NCBI GenBank assembly: GCA_049968255.1
Contig: JBMFRB010000003.1
Location: 332,477 to 396,476, forward strand
Direction: 5' to 3'
DNA: 64,000 nucleotides
Source: Candidatus Sumerlaeaceae bacterium
Lineage (GTDB): Bacteria > Sumerlaeota > Sumerlaeia > Sumerlaeales > Sumerlaeaceae
In this document: one piece after another, positions 30,063 through 39,817 of the stretch
How positions within the stretch are numbered: the first letter of the stretch is position 1
Layout of the letters: each line of letters starts with the position of its first letter
Made by a program: the position numbers and the translations under genes
Notes under the pieces: model-generated
The model's input: only the letters and a program-made list of their open reading frames with translations
Databases searched by the model: none
Told to the model about the DNA's origin: nothing

Positions 30063-31994
30063 ATGAAGTCCCAACGGCGCTTTCAGCGCATCGTTTTCAT
30101 CGAACCCAAATCCACACACATTCACGTCTACAGCACTGTGCACATCCCCCGAATGGGAAGCATCCTCCTGGCTACGATTCTGCAGGAGCGTGGCTACGAC
30201 GTCACCGTGATTGTGGAAGATATGCTGCGAAAGCGCATAACCGAAGACATGGTTTGGCACAAGCTCCGTGAGGCGGATCTGCTCTGTATCTCTTCAATCA
30301 CTCCCACAGCTAATCGCTGCTACATGTGGGGGGATCGCGCTCGCGCAGCCGGTATCCCTGTCGTGATCGGCGGCACGCATGTCACCTATTTCCCTGAGGA
30401 AGCGCTCGAGCATGCCGATTGGGTGATGCGTGGGGAGGCTGATGAAACATTCCCCCGCTTCATGGATGTGTTGGAAAGCGGGGGCGACTTTTCCAGCGTC
30501 CCGGGGCTCACTTGGCGCGACGGCGGACTTATTCGCCATAACCCCGACGCACCTTTGCCCTCATCGAAGATTCTCGAAGCCAATCCATTTCCGAATTTTG
30601 ATCTCATCTGGGAAGCAAATCTTCACGGAAATGTCGCAAGCTTTGCCGTAGCACGGGGATGTCCCTACAACTGCTCCTTTTGCTCTGTCACAAAATTCAA
30701 TGGCGCCGCAGTTCGCACCGTAAGCGCTGAGCGAACTCTCGACATGATCGAGGACCACTGGAACCGCTATCATCCTCGCTATATCTTTTTCGCTGAGGAC
30801 ATTTTTAACCAAATGAAGACCCGCGCCAAGCAGATCATGCGCGGCCTCATTGAGCGCAAAATTCGCCCCACCATTGGTTTTGGCGCCCAAATGCGCCACG
30901 AGGTCGTGCACGACAAAGAGTTCCTCGAACTCATGCGCGAGGCTGGATTCGACCGCGCCATGGTGGGCTTCGAGTCTATCAACCAGGCCAGCCTCGATCT
31001 GTGTGGCAAGCGCGAAACCGTTGAGCAGGTGGAATTCGCCATCAAAGAGTTCCATCGCTACAAAATCAAGGTCCACGGCATGTTTGTCATCGGCTTCGAC
31101 ACGGATACACCTCAAACCTACCACGATACGCTCGAGTTCGTAAAGAGGTTGGATTTGGACTCCTTCCAGCTCATGCTGCTTACGCCGCTGCCAGGCACCC
31201 GCGACTGGCACTCCGACGGATTTGGCGATGGGCGTCGGCCACTACTCACGCGCGATTGGAATAAGTATGACGGGCACCATATGGTCCAGGTGCCGAAGCT
31301 CATGACAGCCTACGAAGCAAACAGGCTTGCTCTCGAGACCATGCGCAAATTCTATTCGCTGCCGCGTGCTTTTTCGCGCCTCCTGCGCGGCGACTGGGTC
31401 GAATTCCTTATGCGTTTCGAAGGCCACTTGCTCATCAAAAAATGGTACAAAACGCCGGAAAATCGCCAGTGGCTCGAATATTTGCGTCGGCAGCTTGAGG
31501 AACCAAAAGAAGAACTTGCTGCAAAGCTCAAGAAACTTCAGCGGCGCGTCCTTGTCGCCCACACGGAGGCAAGTCTGGCCTTCCGGGAAACGATCGATCG
31601 CTTCTTCACGGAGCTTGGCGTGAAAGTCGAGCATTCGCGCTCTGGGCTAGGGGAACTCGTGGCCACTAGCCACGGAACATTAGCAGGATTGCGCGATCGC
31701 ATCACCGACTACCTCGCTGACAAAGGCCTGTTGAAGCGCGACAAAGTGGATTTTGTCGTCGTCCCGATGGACCTCGGTAGTGCCACCAAAATCGAGCCGC
31801 TGGAAATTGACGCTGACGCGCCTCCAGTCATTCGACTCAACATTAACCAGCAAGCCAGAGTGCTGGCCGAGCAGTGCGTACAACTCGCGCTCGCTTACAC
31901 CGACGATATTATCGCCGCAGCAGATACGTTCCGCCGAATCATGCTCGAACAGATGCCACAGGCTCAGCCAGCCATGGTTACCGTCAAGAGCTGA
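30063..31994 (+). CDS. B12-binding radical SAM protein with C-terminal extension
   Basis: N-terminal cobalamin-binding domain (VIGGTHVT..PEE, VMRGEAD), RGCPYNCSFC, GFESI, GMFVIGFDTD, LTPLPGT, W.KYDG. Confidence 0.9.
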   Translation: MKSQRRFQRIVFIEPKSTHIHVYSTVHIPRMGSILLATILQERGYDVTVIVEDMLRKRITEDMVWHKLREADLLCISSITPTANRCYMWGDRARAAGIPVVIGGTHVTYFPEEALEHADWVMRGEADETFPRFMDVLESGGDFSSVPGLTWRDGGLIRHNPDAPLPSSKILEANPFPNFDLIWEANLHGNVASFAVARGCPYNCSFCSVTKFNGAAVRTVSAERTLDMIEDHWNRYHPRYIFFAEDIFNQMKTRAKQIMRGLIERKIRPTIGFGAQMRHEVVHDKEFLELMREAGFDRAMVGFESINQASLDLCGKRETVEQVEFAIKEFHRYKIKVHGMFVIGFDTDTPQTYHDTLEFVKRLDLDSFQLMLLTPLPGTRDWHSDGFGDGRRPLLTRDWNKYDGHHMVQVPKLMTAYEANRLALETMRKFYSLPRAFSRLLRGDWVEFLMRFEGHLLIKKWYKTPENRQWLEYLRRQLEEPKEELAAKLKKLQRRVLVAHTEASLAFRETIDRFFTELGVKVEHSRSGLGELVATSHGTLAGLRDRITDYLADKGLLKRDKVDFVVVPMDLGSATKIEPLEIDADAPPVIRLNINQQARVLAEQCVQLALAYTDDIIAAADTFRRIMLEQMPQAQPAMVTVKS

Positions 31995-32067
31995 GCCAGG
32001 TGTGCCCCACACACGTGCGGGTCTGCCTCATGCGGCCACGTAACTAACCCTAAAAGCCAGGTGTTGC

Positions 32068-32105
32068 CGAGCGACGGGCGTCCAAACCGTCGCTCGCTCT
32101 ATTTT
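32068..32105 (+). terminator. Stem-loop between convergent genes, probable intrinsic terminator
   Basis: CGAGCGACGG (32068-77) / CCGTCGCTCG (32087-96), perfect 10-bp stem, followed by CTCTATTTT. Confidence 0.6.
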
Positions 32106-32234
32106 GGCGGCTAGCTCATGTATGCCAAGGACCGGCAACGCTCGCAGGCCCCAGCCTTTCGCAAAGCACCGACCGCCAATGACTGAAGTGCGCCTATCCA
32201 CTCTTAGGAGCAAAGTCTTTTGGAGACGTGCCGG

Positions 32235-32984
32235 CTACATCCCGTAGTTTAATCGTTCGGCCAGCTCAACAGGGAGTCCCGCATCAAAAATGGCCTGCTG
32301 AGCGCGGGCAAGGTCATATTCCACACGCCGGATCTCGACCTGCTGTTTCTCACGATCATAAAGAGCGAAGCACGCTTCTGGATTGCGGTCACGCGGTTGG
32401 CCCACACTTCCCACGTTTACAAGGTAACGAGCGTTGGGTTTCAACTCGACAACTGGCGACGTCGGGCACGTCAGATTCTCATCGAAGTTCTCGACAACAA
32501 ACGGCGTATGCGAATGCCCAATAAAACAAATTTTCTGCCCAAATGAGCGGAAGGCCTGACGCGCATCACCGAGCGTGATAACATAATTCCATGCCTCGGG
32601 AGTGCGCGGCGAAGCGTGCACAAAGAGCATATCAGCCACTTCCAGCGACAAAGGAAGGTTGCGTAAAAAATCCTCGTTTTCGGGTGTCAGAACCTTGCGC
32701 GTCCACTGAATTGAACGTTTCGCAATCTCATTAAAATAAGTGATGTCTATCAGCGACAGCGCGGCGTAATCATGATTGCCTGCGATGGTAGGAATGTTGC
32801 GCGAGCGCAGAAGCTCAACGCATTCGTTGGGATGAGCCCCATAGCCAACAACATCGCCACAGCAGACCGTGAAATCCACATTCGAAGCGTCAATCTCCTC
32901 TAGCACCTTTTCTAGTGCCGGAAGATTCGCGTGGATATCGGAAAAAATGGCTATTCGGCGAGGGTCCAGTCCCTCAATATGCAT
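32235..32984 (-). CDS. Calcineurin-like metallophosphoesterase (PPP-like/YfcE family)
   Basis: SDIHAN, GDVVGYG, GNHD, VHASP, GHSHTP, NVGSVGQPRD, RRVEYD. Confidence 0.93.
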   Translation of the reverse strand: MHIEGLDPRRIAIFSDIHANLPALEKVLEEIDASNVDFTVCCGDVVGYGAHPNECVELLRSRNIPTIAGNHDYAALSLIDITYFNEIAKRSIQWTRKVLTPENEDFLRNLPLSLEVADMLFVHASPRTPEAWNYVITLGDARQAFRSFGQKICFIGHSHTPFVVENFDENLTCPTSPVVELKPNARYLVNVGSVGQPRDRNPEACFALYDREKQQVEIRRVEYDLARAQQAIFDAGLPVELAERLNYGM

Positions 32985-34359
32985 AATCTTTCCCAGTCAG
33001 TTTTTTGAGCATTTTTGCTGCTTGTCGCCGGATCACGGGACTCTTGTTCTGCAGAGCAGCTTCCCACAGCGCAACTTGTTCTTCGAGCGAGAGCATGCGC
33101 TTCATTTCCGCGCGCAGCTGCATAATGTCCTCCGCAGGCTGACTGACCAAGAGCTCGGGGCTTCCTCCCTCCGCGGAGACGCCTGCTTCGCGTCCCGCTG
33201 CCGCTGGCGCTAATTCATCTTCCTCACCGCGAACCGCTCCCTGCGCGGCTTCTTCCCCTTGAAATGCCCCTGCTTCTGCACCTTCGCTAGAAACCTCTGC
33301 GGCTTTTTTGGCGCGCTCAAGTTCACGCTGCTTACGACGGCTTGCGCGTGAAGTTTTTTCTGCGGGCCCCACCGGAGGGGCACTTGGTGCTTCCTTCGGG
33401 CCTGTCACTGCGGCCTCGGCCGCTAATTGTTCCCGACCAAATGTTCTGCTCTTGTCCTCCAAATCGAGATCCTCGAGGCCTATGCCTGCCGGCTGATGAG
33501 CCGCGGCTTCTTGCTCCAGACGCTCTTCTACCTCCGACCAGTCCTCACTCTCTTCCATCGGTGTTGTCGAAGAAGCAGCCGCTATGGCCTCTTCTGGGGC
33601 GGACGGCCGCAGCTCCGGCGGAAGCTCCGAGACGCTTGCAAAAATGCTGTCTTCCAACCCAAGCTCTTTGGGAACTCTTCCTGCGGGCTGCTCAACTTCC
33701 TGCGGCGATGCGTATTTGAACAAACACTTTTCCGCACCGATTTCGATTGTGTCCCCTTCGTTGAGCTTTTGCGTGCCGCTCAGCGTCTTGCCGTTGATGC
33801 GGGTGCGGCGCAAAGTCCCCAAGTCACGGATCTCGTACTCGATGCCGTGCCGAACAATCACCGCCTGTTTTTTCGCCAAAAACCAGTCGTCCGCAAGGAC
33901 AATATCGCATTGTGGACTTTTGCCGATCGTGAGCTCAGCCTTTGTCAGCCGGAACACCTTGCCTTTCATCTGCCCCTCAGTGAAGCACAGCACACCGATT
34001 TTCTCAGGCCGGTCCAACACCATTGTGCGTTCGGCTGCCAAAGCATCCACAATCACATCGGAATCGCTAAGCTCCTTATTTATAAAGTGTAGCTGATGTT
34101 TGCCGATCGTGATGATGTCACCGTCTAGAATCTCTGTCTTTGTCACGCGCACGTTGTTCACGAACGTGCCGTTGGCACTATTGAGGTCCGTCAGGACGTA
34201 CGAGTTGCCTTGCCGCCGAATGCGCGCATGATTGCGCGAAACACTCAGATTCTCGATAACGATGTCGTTGTCCTTCGCTCGTCCGATGCTGATCAGGTCC
34301 TTGTCGATGACATAGCGTTGGACGATATTGTCGCCTAATTTGACAACGAGTTCTGGCAT
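32974..34359 (-). CDS. Double FHA-domain protein with acidic linker
   Basis: FHA1 IGRAKDNDI...VSRNHA...DLNSANGT; FHA2 IGKSPQCDI; Glu/Ala/Pro-rich linker; helical C-terminus. Confidence 0.9.
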   Translation of the reverse strand: MPELVVKLGDNIVQRYVIDKDLISIGRAKDNDIVIENLSVSRNHARIRRQGNSYVLTDLNSANGTFVNNVRVTKTEILDGDIITIGKHQLHFINKELSDSDVIVDALAAERTMVLDRPEKIGVLCFTEGQMKGKVFRLTKAELTIGKSPQCDIVLADDWFLAKKQAVIVRHGIEYEIRDLGTLRRTRINGKTLSGTQKLNEGDTIEIGAEKCLFKYASPQEVEQPAGRVPKELGLEDSIFASVSELPPELRPSAPEEAIAAASSTTPMEESEDWSEVEERLEQEAAAHQPAGIGLEDLDLEDKSRTFGREQLAAEAAVTGPKEAPSAPPVGPAEKTSRASRRKQRELERAKKAAEVSSEGAEAGAFQGEEAAQGAVRGEEDELAPAAAGREAGVSAEGGSPELLVSQPAEDIMQLRAEMKRMLSLEEQVALWEAALQNKSPVIRRQAAKMLKKLTGKDYAY

Positions 34360-34474
34360 AGCTCACCGCACTTCGCGTAGCTTGACCGGTCGTGGCTTTC
34401 CCAAGTACAAGTCTAGCTTCTTATGCGCCTCCAAGTCTTGTCAAAAGCTTTTCTTGCCGGAAGAGTTCGACACA

Positions 34475-37327
34475 TCAGCCAATCTCAACAAAAGCAAGCT
34501 GAGCGTAAATCCCGGGATATTCTTCCCGCAAACGGTCAAAACGCCAGCTATGGCATGTGAGCACGATCACTTGCCGACGCTCGGCCAAGTCTGTCAAAAA
34601 GCGAACCCCTTGGACGAAGCGTTCATCATCCCAATGGGCAAAAGGCTCGTCCAAAATGAGGGGGAGCGGGCCGCAATGAGTCGTGAGGATTTCCCCAATG
34701 GCGACGCGCAAGATAAAATCCAATTGATCGCGCGTCCCACGGCTGAGGTAGCCTAACTCTTTGGAACCTTGGAAGACTTTGCCCGTCTTTCCGTCCCTGA
34801 GCGTCAGCTCCAGATTCTCCAACACGCCCGGTTCAACGTAATGCGGGAGAAGGCGTGGCATCAATTCTTCGAGCTTCATTTTCAGCTCGCGTTGCCAGCT
34901 ACGTGAGACCTCCTGGTTAAGCTCGGCGATCAATCGCCGCGCCAGCGCGAGAGCTTCAGCCATTCGCTGGAGCTGTTGCAGAGCTTCCTGCTTTTGGGCG
35001 CGCTCGACTTCAATGGCGGGCACCTCTGTCCGATATTTCTCGATGACCCGGTCGCATGCCAAAATCAGCTTCTCGTGCTCAGCGCGTTTCTCCTCCAATT
35101 CACGTCGTGCCAAAGCAAGTTCAGTCTCAAGTGCTGTGCGTTTGCGTGCACACAGCTCCGTCAGCTCGAGCAAATGAGGATGCGCTTCGGCCAGAGGCCT
35201 AATTCGCTGCTCGATCTGCTGTTTCTCTTCTATGCGCTGTTTTTCCTCCTCCTCGCTCCAAATTTGGAAAGTCTTCAGCTCAGCTTCGAGTTCACGGTAA
35301 CGTTTTGCGGAGCGCAAGTTTTGCTGATACGTTTCGATGCGGGTCTCTATTTTCCCATCCGGCGTACCTGCCTCGTTCAAAATGTCGAGCAGACGCGCCT
35401 CAATCGACTCCAGAGCTTTCTCCTCTTCCGCAATTTCTCGGCGTCGCCGATCATCATCCTCGCGCAAGCGATCACGGACCTGGCGTTGTTGCAAAAAGAG
35501 GTCGAGTTTGCGTTCGCACTCTTGAAGCTCCTTGAGGCTCGGCGAGTCAGAAATCTCCGGATCAACATGACGAATAATTTCGAGAGCCTGAGCGAGATTC
35601 TCGGCCCAAAGTTCTCTTTGGCGTGCCAGATGCTTGCGGTCCTCTACAATTGTCGCTACCGTCCGGTTGACTTGGGCGTAAACCTCCAGACCTAGCAAAT
35701 CGCCGCTCGAGAGAGCGGCTTTCTTCCGAATGCGCTCGAACTTTTGATTGAGGTCATCTAATCGGTTGCGCAGTTCGTTGGCGCGGCTCTCCGCCGAAGC
35801 TGCAGCCTCCTGCGCGGACCGTAACAGGTTCTCCACAATCCTCCGAGCACGCCACGCAAACCACATAGCCGTGAGCACGCACACCGCGGCTGCTGCCAAG
35901 CTTCCATACGCCACAGGGTTTAGCCCGTAAAGAAGTCCAGCAATGAAGCCCGCGCCACTGAGAAGTGCGAGAAAAAACCACACAGCCGAGAACGTTCTCA
36001 GCGAGGCGATTTTCTTTTCCGCCTCGCTGCACTGTTGTTGGGCCTGGCCGCGTTTGAGGAGAATCTCCTGTTGAGCGCGTTCGAGTTCCAATTGCTCGCG
36101 TTGGTGGCCCCCAAAAAGAAGAGCGAGTTCCTCACTTTCCAGATGCGAAATCCTCTCCTCCAGCGAGAGCACCTGTTCCACGTCCACCCCCTGGCGACGT
36201 AGCGTTGCTTCTCCCTCACGAATGCGTCGCTCAAGCTCCTCAATTTCGCGAATCTGGCCCTCGACCGCCAGCAAGAGTTTCGTCAGTCGGCCAGCGTCTG
36301 CCTCATTGAGCTTTTCAATCGTGGCAGGATAATCCGCAAGCGCGCGTTCGACGTCGCTCAAAGGTTCCTTCACCAGTCGATGGAGATCTGCTTGCTTTTT
36401 CTTCAGTTGCTCGCGGCGCGTCTTGAGCTCGCCCCACAGCTTTTGTAGCTCCGCAAAACTCTCTTCAGTATAGCGGGCGTAAGGTCTAAGTTGCTCCTTC
36501 TTTTGGAATTTCTCCGCGTGATCTTTCTTTCGCTTAGCTTGCTGGCGCAATTCATTCTCGAGCTCCGCAAGCCGCGCCTTATCGCGTGCAAATTCAAGCT
36601 CGATAACTCGCTTTTCGAGACGCTCAATCTCCGTGCGGGTCAGCTCGAGCTGACGCAAAAGGCCCTGTTGACGGTCGCGTTCTTCATCGCATTGCTGTCG
36701 GCGTCGTTCCAACTCGCGAATCTCTTTTTCTAATCGATCGATGGCCGTTTCGAGTTTTATCTGCTTATCTTGATAACTCACCGTGACGCAGTCCAAACGC
36801 CTGAGTGCTTCCTGCACCGACACGCCCTCTTGCGACGCCGCGGTACTCACCGCACGCTCAATCACAGTTTGCAAATCATGGGTATCCCCATCGGTCGTCG
36901 GTGTCGGTTCTTGTCGCAGCAAAAACGACTGCAAGCATGCTTTGAAGGAAAGCTGAAGTTTGTCCTCGCCAAACGAGTTATTAGGGATGGGGCTTTTGCG
37001 GTTTGTGTCCAGATCCACCAACAAGTATTCCGGCTTTTTTCCTAGCAGGGCTTCGATACGATAACGCCGATCTGGCGCAAGGGTAAGCTCGAGCCGGAGC
37101 AACGGCCGCTCGCGTCCATCACTCCACGGCTGGTAGCGTTCCATAGGCTTAAGGGCATCGCGTGGACCCAATTTCGGCGGGGGATAAAGAGAAAACAAAA
37201 TAGCATCCACGAGCGTAGATTTACCAAATTCATTGGCAGCGCATAGAACGTTGCACCGCTGTGGCTCGAAGTTGAAAGCGCCAGAAAGTTTGCCGAAGTT
37301 GGAAAGCTCGATTCTATTCAAGCGCAT
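34475..37327 (-). CDS. Rad50/SbcC-like (YhaN-type) coiled-coil ABC ATPase with central TM hairpin
   Basis: NFGKL, Walker A ANEFGKST, long coiled coil, signature LSRGTRDQL, Walker B PLILDEPFAHWD, LTCH. Confidence 0.88.
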   Translation of the reverse strand: MRLNRIELSNFGKLSGAFNFEPQRCNVLCAANEFGKSTLVDAILFSLYPPPKLGPRDALKPMERYQPWSDGRERPLLRLELTLAPDRRYRIEALLGKKPEYLLVDLDTNRKSPIPNNSFGEDKLQLSFKACLQSFLLRQEPTPTTDGDTHDLQTVIERAVSTAASQEGVSVQEALRRLDCVTVSYQDKQIKLETAIDRLEKEIRELERRRQQCDEERDRQQGLLRQLELTRTEIERLEKRVIELEFARDKARLAELENELRQQAKRKKDHAEKFQKKEQLRPYARYTEESFAELQKLWGELKTRREQLKKKQADLHRLVKEPLSDVERALADYPATIEKLNEADAGRLTKLLLAVEGQIREIEELERRIREGEATLRRQGVDVEQVLSLEERISHLESEELALLFGGHQREQLELERAQQEILLKRGQAQQQCSEAEKKIASLRTFSAVWFFLALLSGAGFIAGLLYGLNPVAYGSLAAAAVCVLTAMWFAWRARRIVENLLRSAQEAAASAESRANELRNRLDDLNQKFERIRKKAALSSGDLLGLEVYAQVNRTVATIVEDRKHLARQRELWAENLAQALEIIRHVDPEISDSPSLKELQECERKLDLFLQQRQVRDRLREDDDRRRREIAEEEKALESIEARLLDILNEAGTPDGKIETRIETYQQNLRSAKRYRELEAELKTFQIWSEEEEKQRIEEKQQIEQRIRPLAEAHPHLLELTELCARKRTALETELALARRELEEKRAEHEKLILACDRVIEKYRTEVPAIEVERAQKQEALQQLQRMAEALALARRLIAELNQEVSRSWQRELKMKLEELMPRLLPHYVEPGVLENLELTLRDGKTGKVFQGSKELGYLSRGTRDQLDFILRVAIGEILTTHCGPLPLILDEPFAHWDDERFVQGVRFLTDLAERRQVIVLTCHSWRFDRLREEYPGIYAQLAFVEIG

Positions 37328-38561
37328 GGCGCAGGCGAATCTCCTTTCCGTGCAAAGCATCGAGGCCGATCATGCGTGCCAGCCTGACGATTTCCAGCTC
37401 ACCCTCGTTGCGGCGTGTGCGGGCCGTGGCCTCAATCTCGTCGGTGCGTGCGACAAACTGTCCCACGACGGTTTTTGCTGCCGACACGTCATGGCGTAAT
37501 GCATCAACGTCGTAGCCGCGCTCCACATCACCCCAATCTACCACCGCGTGCCAGCAATGCTGTTCCAAAGGACGTTCATCGAGGGCAAACATCTCAAACT
37601 CCGAGGCCACTTGACCAGTCAGCCGGACATACACGATATCCTGGGGACAGACCTCGTGCTGCTCGAAAGCCGCGAGAATGCGCGTGAGAATTTCACCCTG
37701 CGAACGCACTTGCGGATCGAGCTCAACCTCGATATCGACGATGCGATGGGGATCAACCCGCACAAGTTCCCAGCTCGCCGAAGCAACGCCTCCCGGCTGC
37801 ACTTCTCCGACGATGACAAAGTGGTCGCGCGTTTCGTCGAGACCGCGTGCCACGAAAACGCCGCTATATGCAGCCCTGATGCGCCCTTGGCCATCCTCTA
37901 CTTTGGAATAAGCATGATAGTGCCCCAGCGCCACGTAATCGTAGCCACTCATCACAATATCGCGTGAGCAAAACGAAGGTGTTTCATCGCGTCGGATCCG
38001 ATCAGCGGCGGGGAACGGGCTGTCCACTTGTGAGCCGTGTACTAACGCGATGTTGAGCTTGTCTTTCACCACCTTTGGCGCAATGAAAGCTTCATGGCTG
38101 CCTAGGGCCGTGCTGCGTGTGAAGCACGACCCGTGAAAAACAACGTCATCGCGCCAGTGTTCCAAGCACAATGTCGCCATCGCTGTTCCTGTGAAAATAT
38201 AAACATTCGGAGGATGCGCCCGTCCGACTTTGCGCTGAAAGTGTGCGCGATCATAATAACTTAGCGGGTGGAAATAGTCGTGGTTGCCGGGAGCGATGAT
38301 GACCGGTACGCCGACTGACGCAAAAATTTCAAACAGTTCCGCCGCACTCTCCATGCGGATGGCTTCCTCTTCCCACAAGTCTCCCGGGCACAGCACAACA
38401 TCGGCGCAGGCCTCGCGCACCAGCTCGGGCACCCGCCGAAGCGTCTGAAGAATATCTGCTTGCAACCGTCTGCGCTTCTCTGGGGGCAAACGCAATTTCG
38501 TCGAGCCGAGCGGCGAGTCGAGATGTACGTCCGAAAACTGGAGAAAACGGAGTGCTTTCAA
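37314..38561 (-). CDS. Mre11/SbcD-like (YhaO-type) DNA repair nuclease
   Basis: FSDVHLD, PGDL, PGNHD, LVHG, YVALGHYH, AYSG...RGLDE; overlaps ATPase start. Confidence 0.9.
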   Translation of the reverse strand: MKALRFLQFSDVHLDSPLGSTKLRLPPEKRRRLQADILQTLRRVPELVREACADVVLCPGDLWEEEAIRMESAAELFEIFASVGVPVIIAPGNHDYFHPLSYYDRAHFQRKVGRAHPPNVYIFTGTAMATLCLEHWRDDVVFHGSCFTRSTALGSHEAFIAPKVVKDKLNIALVHGSQVDSPFPAADRIRRDETPSFCSRDIVMSGYDYVALGHYHAYSKVEDGQGRIRAAYSGVFVARGLDETRDHFVIVGEVQPGGVASASWELVRVDPHRIVDIEVELDPQVRSQGEILTRILAAFEQHEVCPQDIVYVRLTGQVASEFEMFALDERPLEQHCWHAVVDWGDVERGYDVDALRHDVSAAKTVVGQFVARTDEIEATARTRRNEGELEIVRLARMIGLDALHGKEIRLRHALE

Positions 38562-38746
38562 AACGGCAGACCTCCCGTGCCTGGCGATGAGCCCCTAGCA
38601 CCGAGCCACTCTCCGATTACAAACGTCCTCCAACCACAATTCGCCACGGTGAACAGATTTGCGCCGAGCATTGTAACAGATCATCACGTATTTCAGCTAA
38701 GAAACACCCAACACGCATTTCGTCGGCAACGCGGAGGAGCTCGTAC

Positions 38747-39016
38747 GTGTCCAGCGAAGAAAAAAAAGAATGGTTCTTTAATACGGATCTGTCGCAGCTC
38801 ATGCGGTCAGATACCATGCCTTATCTCATGATCAATGTCATCGCCAGACGAGCAAAGCAGCTCGTCCACATGGACCAGCGGCCGCTGGCCTATCCAGCCA
38901 ATGGCTCACGGCGGCCAGCCGACATTGCGGCTGCGGAAATTTATGAGGGGAAATTACAAATCATCCCCCGCCAGCGGCGTAAGAGCGAGCAGCAAGAAAA
39001 GCCACTCGGCATTTGA
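38747..39016 (+). CDS. rpoZ: RNA polymerase omega subunit
   Basis: YLMINVIARRAKQL and RPADIAAAEIYEGKL omega motifs; SD GGAGGAG. Confidence 0.8.
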   Translation: MSSEEKKEWFFNTDLSQLMRSDTMPYLMINVIARRAKQLVHMDQRPLAYPANGSRRPADIAAAEIYEGKLQIIPRQRRKSEQQEKPLGI

Positions 39017-39094
39017 CAAGCCCGCTGTTGCGATTCGACGACTAAGAGATTGCGCGCGACGACATTGCTCCGACACGCGGACAAGAGTCGCACA

Positions 39095-39137
39095 AAAAGA
39101 TGAGGCGAAGCAAGGGATGCTTCGCCTTTCGCTTTTT
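39095..39137. terminator. Bidirectional intrinsic terminator between rpoZ and the pseudopilin array
   Basis: AGGCGAAGCA (39103-12) / TGCTTCGCCT (39118-27) stem; A-run before and T-rich tract after. Confidence 0.7.
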
Positions 39138-39164
39138 CAAAGCGCTTCGCAGCGCGCCAGATTC

Positions 39165-39800
39165 TTAGAAGCCGAAATTTGTGACGTCGTCCGGCTCTTT
39201 TCCTATATCCTCCCACGCCGCTGGCTGACCATTCGGGCCTCGCGAGCTGATCTGGAATGTCGAAGGATTGTAGTAGCCCGGCGCATAGGGATAGCCAGAC
39301 GGCAACTCGATGGCTCGCATTGTCGCGTAAGAATCGGGCGATGGCCCCGAGCGAACATAACGATACGGCGAGCGCCATGGATCCAGAATTTGAACTTGTC
39401 CCGGAACAAGCGTGCCGCCAGCCTCTTCCACCGGTACCCCATTGATATCCCCAAGGAACTCACGATTGATGGTAATGTAGGGGCCGTGCCAGTTGTAGGG
39501 CGTTTCCGTTCCTGTACCAATGCCCACACTCAGTGCCTGCTGCAAATAACCGCACCCCTGCGCAGGCGACGCTGCTGGGAATGTTCCCGAGCCGCTTCCG
39601 CTCGGCGGATACTGTCCCGTATCGATCTGGTAACGGTTGATGGCCACTTCGAGTTCGGTAATCATGGTGCGCGCCGCTGCGATACGCGCACGCTCGACTT
39701 GCGTTGTGTACACTCCCACCGAAATTGAAGCCAGGATGCCGAGGATCAACACCACGGCCAAGAGCTCGATGAGGGTAAAGGCTTTTGCGTCCTTTGTCAT
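39165..39800 (-). CDS. GspG-like major pseudopilin
   Basis: KA|FTLIELL prepilin site, YQIDTGQYP, WHGPYI, LDPWRSPY, SSRGPNG, DDVTNF. Confidence 0.88.
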   Translation of the reverse strand: MTKDAKAFTLIELLAVVLILGILASISVGVYTTQVERARIAAARTMITELEVAINRYQIDTGQYPPSGSGSGTFPAASPAQGCGYLQQALSVGIGTGTETPYNWHGPYITINREFLGDINGVPVEEAGGTLVPGQVQILDPWRSPYRYVRSGPSPDSYATMRAIELPSGYPYAPGYYNPSTFQISSRGPNGQPAAWEDIGKEPDDVTNFGF

Positions 39801-39817
39801 GGTATAACCTTTTTTCT

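Noticed and set aside
31994-32006. AGCCAGGTGTGCC repeated at about 55413
   Set aside because: Only two short copies plus one partial; compatible with chance.
38835-39728. 297-aa + strand ORF
   Set aside because: Crosses the terminator and is antisense to a GspG-like gene.
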